Shown in pieces: positions 46,401-56,037 of a stretch of DNA of 64,000 nucleotides; the first letter of the stretch is position 1, and each line of letters begins with the position of its first letter. Both the position numbers and the translations under genes were made by a program. Below the pieces are notes generated by a model. That model made no database searches, was not told the DNA's origin, and worked only from the letters and a program-made list of their open reading frames with translations. Source of the DNA: an uncultured Desulfobacterales bacterium (GTDB lineage: Bacteria > Desulfobacterota > Desulfobaccia > Desulfobaccales > Desulfobaccaceae); the NCBI GenBank assembly GCA_964428565.1, contig CAYRYV010000013.1, positions 1 to 64,000 of the forward strand, read 5' to 3'.

Positions 46401-46663
46401 GTTAAGGCCGCCGCCGGCCCGTCGGCCTCCTGCCCCAGGGCTCGCCGTTTCAGGCTGGAGATCACCCGCGCCTTCATCTCCGCCGCCGCTTTGTTGGTGA
46501 AGGTGATGGCCATGATCTCTTGCCACCCGTAGCCCTCGCCGTCCCCCGACAGGACGCAGGCCGCCAGGGGCTGCTCCTCGGAACCGGCCAACAGCTTCAG
46601 GAAAAACTGGGTGAGCGCAAAGGTCTTGCCGCTGCCGGCCGAGGCCTTCACCCGTCTTAACAT
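43478..46663 (-). CDS. AddA/UvrD-family ATP-dependent helicase-nuclease subunit
   Basis: ASAGSGKT Walker A, ITFTNKAAAEM, DEFQDT, TIHKAKGLEF, C-terminal RLDHLTV...VLEYKTG nuclease motif; SD GGAGGG. Confidence 0.8.
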   Translation of the reverse strand: MLRRVKASAGSGKTFALTQFFLKLLAGSEEQPLAACVLSGDGEGYGWQEIMAITFTNKAAAEMKARVISSLKRRALGQEADGPAAALTPRQASRWLTLLLRGYQQFNIRTIDSLLHLCLRLGALDLGLSPDFTVEFDDTRIFQDLFDAFLFRAEQGGHPERHLLEAALDSLIFREGKAGFRLDTPLRERSQQAFEYLSGREELRLAAAADLERGLEESHGRLQAARESLMAAMHDADLSGVHHFSTFLTKLAAGTPGGALPDSKFAEKDSLEECLSKASRSRTTPAATARYQEFKAAYTDYRRKRHLISQALHWLPFAAIGQVLARDFTTYPHRSGIVSGRTWGRAVTQLLRAGGGVTLALCRLGANLRYLLIDEFQDTSREQWGALLPLARECRDQGGGLLLVGDVKQAIYGWRGGDWQLLDEAARDLGGQPPAAEYLPHNWRSRQTLVDFTNRIFGQLQDREICGRLARALAGDKAPPLWTAELADTLENAYRQAEQTMPAAPEREGGYVELRELRGRHQEDLEEQAAAALHQILRELQGRRPWGDVAVLVRRNQEAEEVSRWLIDWGIPLVTENSLHLADHPLIRQLLAFLSFLDYPDHDLDFWNFVSGAEVFQAVSGLGPEVLVAWLARQTGPSLYKTFQRDFPGPWRTWIEPFYRQSGLMSPYDVIQEIIKHFQLLGRYPEDEIFLRRFLELVHLAEEHDCQSLAAFLDYWRRDGVKERAPLPENVEAVRVMTIHKAKGLEFPVVIVPFHHWPVKTERLTETAWGDDWIIVPLTTDLGENYWRYQRDALLESLNLVYVAWTRAVDEFYAFITRNDSQKGGSPLTAGLAVLLACLGPAESGVRYTSGAPRPARRQAVEPASGEPLKAFKPEAHVPEAGFMPMAWLPGLKIFRNNLEEEATRERRRGELAHLALEYVRPRGDPAADARRAVDLALAYAPRPHLDPGMRVDLEKRLTWVLGVPELVSLKEQGQAEVEILDEQGAVYRLDHLTVTDTEAVVLEYKTGKPSDDHGDQVRWYLRLLAGLPELRREPGRRSVRGLLIYLDEEQIVEVSGDLTA

Positions 46664-47150
46664 CCTCTGCCCTCCCTCACCGCCGCTTGCCCCCACCGTC
46701 TGCCCCGGTGCTCCCGGCCGGCGCCGCCCCGATCATCTCTACCCCCATGCCGGCCGGGGCGCGGGATACTCCCCCGCCCGGTTTCACCTCCCGCACCCGC
46801 CAACCGACCCGACCCTGCTCTGCCTTTACCGGATATTTTATCTCCCGGCCGGCGGAAATTTCCCCCCGGAAATGTATTCTTGTGTTTTTTTAAAATTTTA
46901 CCCTCGCCGCGGCGTTTTTTTGATATAATTATTTTTATCTGTATCAACATACCGTATTCTCATGACGATTATCCCGAAAATCGAGTAATGCCTTTCTTCT
47001 CGAGGTGTTGTCCCGTCAGTCTGTCCGGTTTGACGGGAGTGCGGGGTGATGACCTGGCGTGACCGGCAAAAATGGCGGGGCCGGCGCCGACGGGAAGATG
47101 TTTGCCGGGGACCTCTTGCATCGCTTACTAGCAATAACTATCTCTAAACC

Positions 47151-47825
47151 ATGACTCGATCCGAAACCTTCCCGTTACTGCCCACGGGGGTGATGCGGCA
47201 CAACGGTCACGTAACCCGTTGGGATCGCAACCTCCTGAACCGTCATCCCAGCGGCTTGTTATGGTTTACCGGCTATTCCGGCGCCGGCAAATCCACTCTG
47301 GCCCACGGCGTGGAAAAGGAACTCCACAACCGCGGCATCCGCGCCTATGTCTTGGATGGCGACAATGTCCGCAGCGGCATCAATGCCGACCTGGGGTTCA
47401 GCCCCGCCCACCGGCGGGAAAATCTCCGGCGCACCGCCGAAATCTCCCGACTGCTCGTTGATGCCGGGCTTATCGTGCTGGCCTCCTTCATTTCTCCCTA
47501 CCGGGCGGATCGGGCATTACTGCGGCAAACTTTTCTCCGGGATCATTTTTATGAAATCTACGTGAAATGCTCGCTGGCGGAATGTGAACGCCGGGACCCC
47601 CGGGGTAAATACCGCATGGCGCGCCAGGGCCTCATCCGGCATTACACCGGCATCTCTGCCCCTTACGAAGAGCCGGAGCATCCCGATCTGCTCATCGATA
47701 CCGAAGTAACCTCCGTGGCTGACGCCATCCGCCTGATCCTTGCCTTCATGGCCCGCAAAGAGCTGCTCCGGCCCGCCCCCGCCGATTCCCCCCCGTCGAA
47801 CCTCTGGGAGGAGGCTTCCCCCTAA
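47151..47825 (+). CDS. cysC: Adenylyl-sulfate (APS) kinase
   Basis: LWFTGYSGAGKSTLA P-loop, LDGDNVR, SFISPY motifs. Confidence 0.85.
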   Translation: MTRSETFPLLPTGVMRHNGHVTRWDRNLLNRHPSGLLWFTGYSGAGKSTLAHGVEKELHNRGIRAYVLDGDNVRSGINADLGFSPAHRRENLRRTAEISRLLVDAGLIVLASFISPYRADRALLRQTFLRDHFYEIYVKCSLAECERRDPRGKYRMARQGLIRHYTGISAPYEEPEHPDLLIDTEVTSVADAIRLILAFMARKELLRPAPADSPPSNLWEEASP

Positions 47826-47952
47826 GCCCGCCGGCCCCCGTCTCCCCGCAGATTATCTCCCGCCGTCTCTGGCGTCACGAAAATATTGTGGTATAATAGC
47901 CCCGTTGTGCGTACATCCGGGCAACGCAGCGTCCTTCTAGGTGAAAAAATTT

Positions 47953-49230
47953 ATGCGCGTAGGCCGAACCGTCGCCGGCGACCTCCCCCTTATCCACCAC
48001 CAGCGCCGCAGGTCGCGTTTTTTGAAAGTTGTCAATGCCCTGGGGAGCGCCGTGGGTGGTGGCGGGGTCAATCTTTTCCCCCTCACCGAAGACTACCTCC
48101 TCACCCGGGCGCGGCAGCAAACCGGCCTTGACGACTTCGGGGATGAGGGCTTCCGTAAACCCTTGCGGGTCTTGCTGGACGCCTTTCCCGCGGGCGCCCG
48201 CTTGAACTTTGTGGGCCGCCTCTGCGTCCAAGCCGATCTGCTCCGCCTGCTCACCAACCGCTTGCAACTGGTGGCCGACCGCCGGCGGTATCCGGAGATT
48301 GGCGCCGAAGTCATTCGCCGGCCCTGGTTCATTACGGGGCTCCCCCGCAGCGGCACCACCTTTCTCCACGCCTTGTTGGCCCAGGACCCGGCCGGCCGGG
48401 CCCCCCGGGTGTGGGAGGTCATGCATCCCTCGCCGCCCCCGGCAACGGCCGCCTATCACACCGATGACCGCATCGCCCAAACCGCCCGGGAGTTGTGGTG
48501 GCTGCGCGTCCTCATGCCGGACTTCCATCGGGTGCACCTCATCAATGCCGCCCTGCCCCAGGAATGTATTGCCATCACCGCGCACGCCTTTTTGAGTTAT
48601 GTGTTCGAATCCATGTATTATCTGCCGGACTATCGCCGCTGGCATGACGCCCAGGACAAGGTCCCGGCCTATGAGTACCACCGCCGCTTTCTCCAGCATT
48701 TGCAATGGCGTTGTCCCGGGAGCCACTGGGTGCTCAAGGCGCCCAGCCATGCCCTGGCATTGGAAGCGCTGGTGCAGGTCTACCCCGACGCCGGCGTCAT
48801 CATGACCCACCGCGACCCACTCAAGGTTTTACCGTCGTGCGCCAGTTTCACCGAAGTCATGCGGCTGGGATTCATCGACCACCAGGATCGGCGGGAACTG
48901 GCCCAGGAGATCTGCTCCCGCTGGCAGCATGGCTCCCGCCTGATCCTCGAGTCTCATCGGCATCAGCTCCTGTCCCCGTCTCAGCGTGTGGATGTCCACT
49001 ACCCCGATCTTGTGAGGGACCCCTTAAGCGTGGTGCGGGATATCTACCGGCAGTTCGACATGGAATTTTCCAGGCCCGCTCAAGAGGCCATGAAGCGCTT
49101 TCTGGCGGCCCATCCTCAGAACAAAAAGGGCGTCCACCACTATGCCCTGGAGGATTTTGGCCTGCGGGCCGACGAGGAAGCGAGCCGCTTCAAATTCTAT
49201 ACGGATTATTTCGATATCAAGCCGGAGTGA
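47953..49230 (+). CDS. Sulfotransferase-family protein (PAPS-dependent, Sulfotransfer_3-like)
   Basis: 5'-PSB motif ITGLPRSGTTFL, 3'-PB region; directly downstream of cysC. Confidence 0.7.
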   Translation: MRVGRTVAGDLPLIHHQRRRSRFLKVVNALGSAVGGGGVNLFPLTEDYLLTRARQQTGLDDFGDEGFRKPLRVLLDAFPAGARLNFVGRLCVQADLLRLLTNRLQLVADRRRYPEIGAEVIRRPWFITGLPRSGTTFLHALLAQDPAGRAPRVWEVMHPSPPPATAAYHTDDRIAQTARELWWLRVLMPDFHRVHLINAALPQECIAITAHAFLSYVFESMYYLPDYRRWHDAQDKVPAYEYHRRFLQHLQWRCPGSHWVLKAPSHALALEALVQVYPDAGVIMTHRDPLKVLPSCASFTEVMRLGFIDHQDRRELAQEICSRWQHGSRLILESHRHQLLSPSQRVDVHYPDLVRDPLSVVRDIYRQFDMEFSRPAQEAMKRFLAAHPQNKKGVHHYALEDFGLRADEEASRFKFYTDYFDIKPE

Positions 49231-49349
49231 TACGCGGTCCCGGCCTGCCCCCAAATTTCTCTTATCGGTATCCGGTGCGTTGCCATGGTTTTCCACCCCC
49301 AATATCCTTTGCCTGTCCCGTTGCGCCTATCTTCCTGCAGGACTGACCG

Positions 49350-50309
49350 GTGCGCCGTTTCACCCTGATCCTCACCCTGCTGGCGGTGGTCTTTCTGGCC
49401 TGGATGCTTCATCAGGTGGGTTGGGACCTGCTGCTGGCGCACATCCGCCAGGTGGGCTGGTATTGGCCGCTGCTGCTGCTCCCTTACGGCCTGGTGAACC
49501 TTTTGGGAGCGGTTTCCTGGAGGTATCTCCTGATCTCGCCGGCATCGCGGCCGTCGGTGTCCCGGCTCTTTTGGTTGCGCCTGGCGGGCGAGTCCCTGAA
49601 CCAGTTGACTCCCACGGCCTCCATGGGCGGCGAGCCCTTCCGCGTGACCCGGCTGGCCGCCGACGGCGTGCCCTGGCAGGAAGCCGCCGCCTCGGTGGTC
49701 ATTCAGAAGGGCGTCATGGTTACCAGCCTGGTGCTCTTCATCTGCGTGGGGCTGGCCCTGGTGCCCCTGGTGCTCCCGGAGTCCGCCGCCCACCTCGGCT
49801 GGCTCAGCCTGGCCACCCTGGTCCTGGGCAGCGGCGGCGTGGCCTTTGTCATCGTCCAGCGCAAGCATCCCTGCACCGGCATCCTGCGCCTGTTGGAAAA
49901 ATGCCGCCTCTGCCCCGCCGCCCTCAAGGCCAAAGAAGCGGAGCTGGCCAGCCTGGACGCCGCCCTGGCCGGGTTTTACCGGGACCACCCCCACCGGGGG
50001 CTCCTGGCCTTCCTGCTCTTCTTCCTGAGCTGGCTGCTCCATGCCGTGGAGGTCGCGGTCATCTTCTGGCTGCTGGGCCACCCCTTGGGCTGGGGGCTGG
50101 TCGTGGCGCTGGACGCCCTGGCCATGCTCTTCGCCGGACTGGGTTTCATGATTCCGGTTTCCCTGGGGGTGCAGGATGGCGGCAATATCTTGCTGGCCCT
50201 GGGTTTCAACCTGGGAGCGGCCCTGGGCGCGGCCTTTTCCGTCCTGCGGCGCTTGCGGGAGGCCTTCTGGCTGGCCCTCGGGCTGCTAGTGGCGGTCCGG
50301 GAAAAATAG
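49350..50309 (+). CDS. Flippase-like/lysylphosphatidylglycerol-synthase TM-region family membrane protein (UPF0104)
   Basis: 8 predicted TM helices, LAGESLNQLTP...GGEPFR motif. Confidence 0.65.
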   Translation: MRRFTLILTLLAVVFLAWMLHQVGWDLLLAHIRQVGWYWPLLLLPYGLVNLLGAVSWRYLLISPASRPSVSRLFWLRLAGESLNQLTPTASMGGEPFRVTRLAADGVPWQEAAASVVIQKGVMVTSLVLFICVGLALVPLVLPESAAHLGWLSLATLVLGSGGVAFVIVQRKHPCTGILRLLEKCRLCPAALKAKEAELASLDAALAGFYRDHPHRGLLAFLLFFLSWLLHAVEVAVIFWLLGHPLGWGLVVALDALAMLFAGLGFMIPVSLGVQDGGNILLALGFNLGAALGAAFSVLRRLREAFWLALGLLVAVREK

Positions 50310-50375
50310 CATACCCGCTCCCCGGCGCTCTGCCCTCCCCTGCGACTTTGCCGCGGCATAACGACGAGGAACCCG

Positions 50376-50780
50376 ATGAACAAGATACAGCCCGGTCTGA
50401 CCGGTGAGGCCGCACTCGTGGTCGAGGAGAAACACACGGCCCACCACCTGGGCAGCATCGGCGTGCACGTCCTTTCGACCGCGGTGCTGATCGCCCTCAT
50501 GGAGCAGGCCGCCCGCGACCTGATCGACCCCCTCCTGGAGGCGACGCAGCTGACCGTCGGCACCGCAGTCAACATCAAGCACCTGGCGGCCACCCCCGTG
50601 GGCCGCCGCGTCACTGCCCGGGCGGAGCTGTTGGCCGTCCGGGGACGACATCTGACCTTTGCCGTCGCAGCCTATGACGGCGACACCCAAATCGGCGCCG
50701 GAACTCATTCCCGGGCCATTATACGCCTGGCCCGTTTTCTCGCCCGGCTGCCGCGCCACGCCTCCGGGAAAACATCCTGA
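50376..50780 (+). CDS. Hotdog-fold thioesterase-superfamily protein
   Basis: 134 aa, HxxG...central helix pattern (HLGSIGVHVLSTAVL). Confidence 0.7.
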   Translation: MNKIQPGLTGEAALVVEEKHTAHHLGSIGVHVLSTAVLIALMEQAARDLIDPLLEATQLTVGTAVNIKHLAATPVGRRVTARAELLAVRGRHLTFAVAAYDGDTQIGAGTHSRAIIRLARFLARLPRHASGKTS

Positions 50781-51198
50781 GCGGCTGCGCTGACTCCCCA
50801 CCGACCCCCAGCGACCGGGATAGGCCCCCACGGCCCTTCCCTGTCCTACCACCGGGCATACGGGTCCGGACCCGGCGGTTCGGAGGGCGCCGGCCGGCGG
50901 CCACCCCTGCCGCCACCCCGGGCGGCGTTTAAAAAGACTGGCGAGACTTTGTTCGACTGAGAGGTTGGACGGCAGGGGCGGCCTCTCCGGCCGCTGTTTC
51001 CGGATGAGGCCGGGTGTGGACGGATTAATTCTTAACAGACTGCAACTTGGTATAAGATGGGCGTTGGGCGCGGACTGCCGTCTCCGAGCTGTGGTGCCGG
51101 CCCGGCCCCCACGCGCAACCCGGCGGCGTGATGCCGCCGGGTTGCGGTTCCCGGGCTGTCGCTGAGCCCGCGTGGCCCCATCTTCGCCTGCTGGGGGC

Positions 51199-52185
51199 TT
51201 AATTTACCAGGCGGGGGGGGGCCAGCACCCCGTAATTGGCGCCGCCCGGCACCGAGGCCCCCGGCCCCATGCCCAGGGACAGGGGAATGCCCTTGACGAA
51301 TTTATCCCCGCCCGTGGCGTCCACCTGCGTCACCCGGAAGACCAGGAAGCCCTTCACCGGTTTGTTTTCGTTGAACTGGGTCGAATCCACCACCGGCAGG
51401 GTCACGTCCCAGGAGCCCCCGTGGCCGGCCAGCTTCTGCGCCAGCAATTGCAGTACCGAAGTGATCACCCCGTTGTTCAGGCTGATGATGTCGCCCACCT
51501 TGATGGGCGGACAGCTGCCGTTGTTGATGTAGTCGCTTAAGGTGCTGGCGCTGGCCGAATCCGGCGGCACCGAAAACCAGCCGCCCACGTCCGAGGTCGA
51601 GGGGTTGAAGGTGATCTTCTCCGGGTTGCCGCTCTTGGCGTAATCCTCGTTGATGGCGATGGGGACGGTGCCGGCGCCTACGCCCCTCACCCAGTCCATC
51701 ACCGCCGTGGCGCTGGCGGACTCATCGACCGCGTTGATCCCGAAGATCCGGGCGAAGGCCATGGGCACGCCGTTCTTCCGGATGGTCACCCGGACGGTGT
51801 TGGTGAAGGAGTTGCACTGCTGGATGAACTGCCGGGTGGAGTAATCCCAGGTGCCGGTCTCCACCGTCGTGTCTTCCCGGGCCGGCGCCGTGCCTTCAAT
51901 GGGGTTGTTGGCCGCCGCCGCCCCCGCCCGCGCCTCGGCCTGGGCGCAGTTGGGCGGCGAGCCGTAGGTGATGTTGTTGAGAATGTCGGGGTACAGGCCC
52001 CGGGCCCCCGCCAGCGCCGAGGCGTCCGCGGCCCGCTGCAGTTCGCCTTTGACCCCGATGATATGGCCGATGTCCAGGGCCAGACCCACCACCCCCAACA
52101 GGGCGAACAGCCCCAGGGCCGTCATGGCCGCCACTGAACCCGAGTCGTTGCGGCGGAATGTCTTCCAGAATGATTGCATAGCCAA
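51199..52185 (-). CDS. TadG-like Flp-pilus assembly pseudopilin
   Basis: N-terminus FRRNDSGSVAAMTALGLFALLG (TadG N-terminal motif); SD AAGGA. Confidence 0.65.
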   Translation of the reverse strand: MAMQSFWKTFRRNDSGSVAAMTALGLFALLGVVGLALDIGHIIGVKGELQRAADASALAGARGLYPDILNNITYGSPPNCAQAEARAGAAAANNPIEGTAPAREDTTVETGTWDYSTRQFIQQCNSFTNTVRVTIRKNGVPMAFARIFGINAVDESASATAVMDWVRGVGAGTVPIAINEDYAKSGNPEKITFNPSTSDVGGWFSVPPDSASASTLSDYINNGSCPPIKVGDIISLNNGVITSVLQLLAQKLAGHGGSWDVTLPVVDSTQFNENKPVKGFLVFRVTQVDATGGDKFVKGIPLSLGMGPGASVPGGANYGVLAPPRLVN

Positions 52186-52200
52186 TTTCCTTTTAACGAG

Positions 52201-52665
52201 TTACTCGCAACTCATCACCGTAGCGGATGTCAGGTTGATGGAGCTTCCCAAACCGGGAATGAGCCGCCCGATCAAAAACCACGTCTTCCGGGCGCTGACG
52301 CTCACATTGACGCTCTGCCCGGGTGCCCCGGTGGTGTACCCCGGCCCGGAAACCGTGGTGGACAGGTTCGCGTCCGCCGGCAGCATACTCGCGTAATTGC
52401 TCTGGATCCAGCTGCCGATGGACGGACTCAACCCCGACGGGAGAATATGGTTGCCGCTGGCGTCGGTTTGATACCGGGTGCCGTAGCGCGCCCCCTCCCG
52501 GCTGGCGTTGGTGACGATCTGCTTCATGTACCAGGCGTGCCCCATATCGATCACCCCGAACACCAGCATCAGGAATACCGTGCACAGAATGGCGAACTCC
52601 ACCGACACCGCCCCCTCCTCCCGGGCGGCCAACCTGCGGCATCGGCGTCGCATGCTCCCCAACAT
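52201..52665 (-). CDS. TadE/TadF-like Flp-pilus minor pilin
   Basis: REEGAVSVEFAILCTVFLMLVFGVIDMG (TadE motif). Confidence 0.7.
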   Translation of the reverse strand: MLGSMRRRCRRLAAREEGAVSVEFAILCTVFLMLVFGVIDMGHAWYMKQIVTNASREGARYGTRYQTDASGNHILPSGLSPSIGSWIQSNYASMLPADANLSTTVSGPGYTTGAPGQSVNVSVSARKTWFLIGRLIPGLGSSINLTSATVMSCE

Positions 52666-53242
52666 CGCACCCTCCTCACCTAGATGTTGCTGCCCCCGTG
52701 GGGCCTCTCCTGAAAGTTACTGCCCCGCGTCATACCCAACGGGGCAGTTTGTCAGAGCCCGACCCCGCCCCGGCCGCCCTTGGCGCTTCCGGAGCCTTGC
52801 GTTCCCGGCCCTTGCCATGAATTGTCAGTAGTGATGCTTTTTCCTATTCCTCTCCGTTTTATTCATCGGCATTAACTATGAAAACTTAAATTTTGGCGGT
52901 GCCCTTTTTTCCTCTTTCATGGCGGCTTGCCCTCCTCCCGCCCGCAAAAAAAAACCCCCCCACACACCGGTGCGGGGAAGTCTGCTGGAGCATAGAGTGG
53001 CGGTCCCGCGGCCTTGGCCGTTCAGATGCTGGCCGGTGCCCTGGCGCTCTCCGTCTCGGAAAGCTTGCCTTGCCTGTTGAGAATAACTCTCGTTGATAGC
53101 CTTATCGGCCGCCTTTGCTTGAATCTTAAATTTTTTGTCGGGAAAAAATCGCCTCCTTTGGCCGGCCGGCCGGGGCCCGGCCGGTCCCGGGATTCCTTCC
53201 CCGGCGTCCCTTCCATGCCTGGCGGCCTGGCGGCAGCACAAC

Positions 53243-53289
53243 AAAGTCGCCGGCGGATCGGGGTCTTATGCCCATCCGCCGGCGACTTT
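53243..53289 (-). terminator. 16-bp perfect-stem hairpin (AAAGTCGCCGGCGGAT...ATCCGCCGGCGACTTT) downstream of the YcaO gene
   Basis: Long GC-rich inverted repeat just 3' of the 53358 stop. Confidence 0.4.
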
Positions 53290-53357
53290 GTCGGGGTGAC
53301 GGGAGTCCCTGGCCCTCCCCGGCGCTCACCGCGGCGCCACCAGCCGGCGCGCCCGCC

Positions 53358-55091
53358 TCAGGGCGTCGCCTCGGGTTCCTCCAGGGCCGCCAGGGCCTGC
53401 CGGGCGAAGTTCAGTTCCGGGTCCAGGTCCAACGCCAGGCGCAGCAGATGGGCCGCCTCCCGGGGATGGCCCAGTTCCCGCAGGTTGATTCCCAGGTTGG
53501 CGTAGTCGATCCCCGAGCCCGGGTCCAGCTCGATGGCCCGCTCGAAGCACTCCGCCGCCCGCTGGTGTTCCCCCAGCTTGAAATAGCAATATCCCAGCAG
53601 ATGGTGGACCTCCTTGAGGCCCTCATTGGCGGCCCGGGCGGCCAGCAGGGCGGCCTCCGCCCCCCGGTAGTCGCCCAGGTCCTTCAGGCAGGAGCCCAGA
53701 TGCGTGTGGACGCTGGCGATCTCCGCCGCCGGGGGGCCGGCCGCCAGCGACGCCCGGAAGAACTCCAGGGCCTCCGCCGGCCGTCCCAGCCCGTCCAGGC
53801 TCAGCCCCAGAAAAAACAGCACGTCGAAGCGCCCGGGGAAAGCCGCATTCAGCCGGCGCAGGGCCTCCAGGGCGTCGGCCGGGTAGGCGTGGCGGCCGGC
53901 CAGCTTGGCCAGGTGGAAGATGACGTTGGTGTCCCGGGTGCGGGCCAGAAAATGCGCCCCCGGCACCATGACGTAGACCGCCGGCATCTGTATCGCCGGA
54001 TGGGTCGCGTCCACCGCCAGCACCTCCAGCCCCAGCCGATCCAAGGCCGCGACGCACCGTTCGATCTCTACTTTGATATTGTCGTGGGCCAGATTCGGCA
54101 GGGCATGCAACGGCGTCACCGGACCCGGTTGGGTCAGGTAGGCCGCCTCCGTCAGCGTGGCGTACTTGGGGAGCGTCGGGCGGTACGAGGTCTTCTTGTT
54201 GAAGTCGCCGGCCAACTGCGCCACTTCGGTGAGGGCCCGGATCAGGGACTTCTCCGGGTCCGGGGTCGTCCCGGCGGTGAACACGATCTCGCTGGCCTCC
54301 GGGAAGGTCGCCGGATCATAAGCCAGCACCCCCACCGTGGGGATGCCGGTGTCCAGGGAGAAGTCCCGGATGTGCAACTCCACCCCCCGCCTCCGGAACT
54401 TGTCCAGCAACTGCCGGGCGACCGGGTCCTGCACCGAATCCGGGTCGAGGCGCGGCGTGAACAGGCGTTCGTGGCTGATCACCGACCCCACGTGCCGCTC
54501 CACCACCTCGCACAGCCCCTGGAGGATGGCCTCCTCCAGGGTGTTGCCGGCGGCCGGGCCGTTGTATTCGTTGATGAGATAGAACCAGTAGATGGGGATG
54601 TCCACGGTCCGGCCGCGGGTCAGGTTGGCGGCCCCGGTGAAATGCAGGGGCCAGTCCTGATAAAGCCCCGCCGCCCGGGACGCCTCCGGGGAGGTGTCGA
54701 ACAGGGAGCGGGCCAGGGCCGCGAACGGCAGGGGGTTTTTCATCTGCCGGGCGGTGCCGTAAACGAACTCCCGCCCCTTCATGAAGCTGAAGAAGCTGAA
54801 CCGCTCCACCAGTTCCATCAGGGCGCTGGCCTCGGCCTGGGCCGGGGTGGAGCCTTTGCCCATCTGCTTCTGGGTGCCGATGGTGCGCACCGCGTCCACT
54901 CCGCACAGGCTGATGTACACCGGAATGTCCAGGCGGCCGGAATCGATGCGCATGGTGTTCTTCAGCAGGTCCAGTTCCAGGGCGGCGAAGCGCTGTCGCA
55001 CCCGGGCCGCCGTCTCCTCCGGGGTGCAGACCTTGTCCAGGTCGTAGGTATAGTGTTTCACACAATCTTGCAGGTTCCGCGGTATGCTCAT
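53358..55091 (-). CDS. ycaO: YcaO-domain protein of the E. coli YcaO type (YcaO ATP-binding domain + C-terminal TPR repeats)
   Basis: 577 aa; YcaO core in the N-terminal ~400 aa; C-terminal TPR repeats (HLGSCLKDLGDYRGAEAALL..., GYCYFKLGEHQRAAECFERAIELDP...). Confidence 0.75.
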   Translation of the reverse strand: MSIPRNLQDCVKHYTYDLDKVCTPEETAARVRQRFAALELDLLKNTMRIDSGRLDIPVYISLCGVDAVRTIGTQKQMGKGSTPAQAEASALMELVERFSFFSFMKGREFVYGTARQMKNPLPFAALARSLFDTSPEASRAAGLYQDWPLHFTGAANLTRGRTVDIPIYWFYLINEYNGPAAGNTLEEAILQGLCEVVERHVGSVISHERLFTPRLDPDSVQDPVARQLLDKFRRRGVELHIRDFSLDTGIPTVGVLAYDPATFPEASEIVFTAGTTPDPEKSLIRALTEVAQLAGDFNKKTSYRPTLPKYATLTEAAYLTQPGPVTPLHALPNLAHDNIKVEIERCVAALDRLGLEVLAVDATHPAIQMPAVYVMVPGAHFLARTRDTNVIFHLAKLAGRHAYPADALEALRRLNAAFPGRFDVLFFLGLSLDGLGRPAEALEFFRASLAAGPPAAEIASVHTHLGSCLKDLGDYRGAEAALLAARAANEGLKEVHHLLGYCYFKLGEHQRAAECFERAIELDPGSGIDYANLGINLRELGHPREAAHLLRLALDLDPELNFARQALAALEEPEATP

Positions 55092-55251
55092 AATGTCCTC
55101 GTCGGGGGTGAACGGGTGGGCGCCGGGGTCGGGCAGGGGAACGGTGCCCCGAACCTCCCCCGCCTCGCCGGCCGCCAGCTCACTGTATACCAGGAAACCG
55201 GCAACGCCTGCAACCTCCGCGCCGCGGCCGCCGTTTTCCCGCCCCCCCGCC

Positions 55252-55581
55252 TTACGAGGGGATCAGCCCCAACGCCACATTAAAGACGATGTCGATCAGC
55301 GCCCCCTTGAACTTATCCGCCTGCGCCACCCCCATCCCCTTCTGTTTCAGCCCCTCCAGCAGGTCCACGGCGATGCGGGTGGCGATCAGGTCTTTCACCT
55401 CCTCCGGGCTCAGTTGCTGGTCCACGGCCAGCGCGCTCCAGCGCTCCAAATCGCCCTTGTGGGCCTCCAGGGAGGTCTGGGCGTCCTTCACCACGGTGTC
55501 GGCGTATTCCTGCAGGTGCTCCCGGGCATACTCCCGGATCTGCCCCAGGGCCGCTTGGATCAGTCGGTTCACATCCGCCAT
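55252..55581 (-). CDS. Small helical hypothetical protein
   Basis: 109-aa ORF with helical, charged composition; no recognisable domain. Confidence 0.4.
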   Translation of the reverse strand: MADVNRLIQAALGQIREYAREHLQEYADTVVKDAQTSLEAHKGDLERWSALAVDQQLSPEEVKDLIATRIAVDLLEGLKQKGMGVAQADKFKGALIDIVFNVALGLIPS

Positions 55582-55596
55582 GACCGCCGCTCCTCC

Positions 55597-56037
55597 TTAA
55601 TCTTTGGGTTTGGCCGCTTCCAGTTGGATGATCTTGTCGAACCCCTCTTCGATGAGCCGTTGCTTCTCCTGGATGTAGGCCGGCGACAGCGTCGATTTCT
55701 CCCGCCAGCGCTGCAAAAAGCCGCCCATCAGCGGCTGGCCGGGGTCCTTCATCAGCGCCCACTGCTGCGCGGTGACTTCGTTCTTGGGGAGATTGCGGGC
55801 GTATTCATAGGCCTTGTCCATGTCCACCTGCAGTTTCTCCGCCGCCGCCTGATGCTGGCTGTAGGGCTCCGCGGCCTTGGCCATCAGATTGCGGGCCTCC
55901 ACCTTCAGGTCCACCGCGGTCCTGTAAACCTCCGGGCTCTGGGTCGGCCCCATGGGCGCCACCGCCGCACACCCCGCCAGCAGGACCCCCAGCAACCACA
56001 CCGCCACCATCCTGCCACTGCCGCGCTCCTTACACAT
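55597..56037 (-). CDS. Lipoprotein (lipobox LLAGC)
   Basis: MCKERGSGRMVAVWLLGVLLAGCAA signal/lipobox; SD AGGAGG before ATG 56037; the upstream part of the track ORF is likely a non-coding extension. Confidence 0.5.
   Translation of the reverse strand: MCKERGSGRMVAVWLLGVLLAGCAAVAPMGPTQSPEVYRTAVDLKVEARNLMAKAAEPYSQHQAAAEKLQVDMDKAYEYARNLPKNEVTAQQWALMKDPGQPLMGGFLQRWREKSTLSPAYIQEKQRLIEEGFDKIIQLEAAKPKD

Noticed and set aside
40584-46696. The two ~1000-aa minus-strand proteins as a candidate novel defence system
   Set aside because: UvrD-helicase motifs + PD-(D/E)XK nuclease in the first protein, and an inactive-helicase-like + nuclease + Cys cluster in the second, coupled by ATGA, fit housekeeping AddAB-type recombination enzymes. 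There are no associated defence genes.
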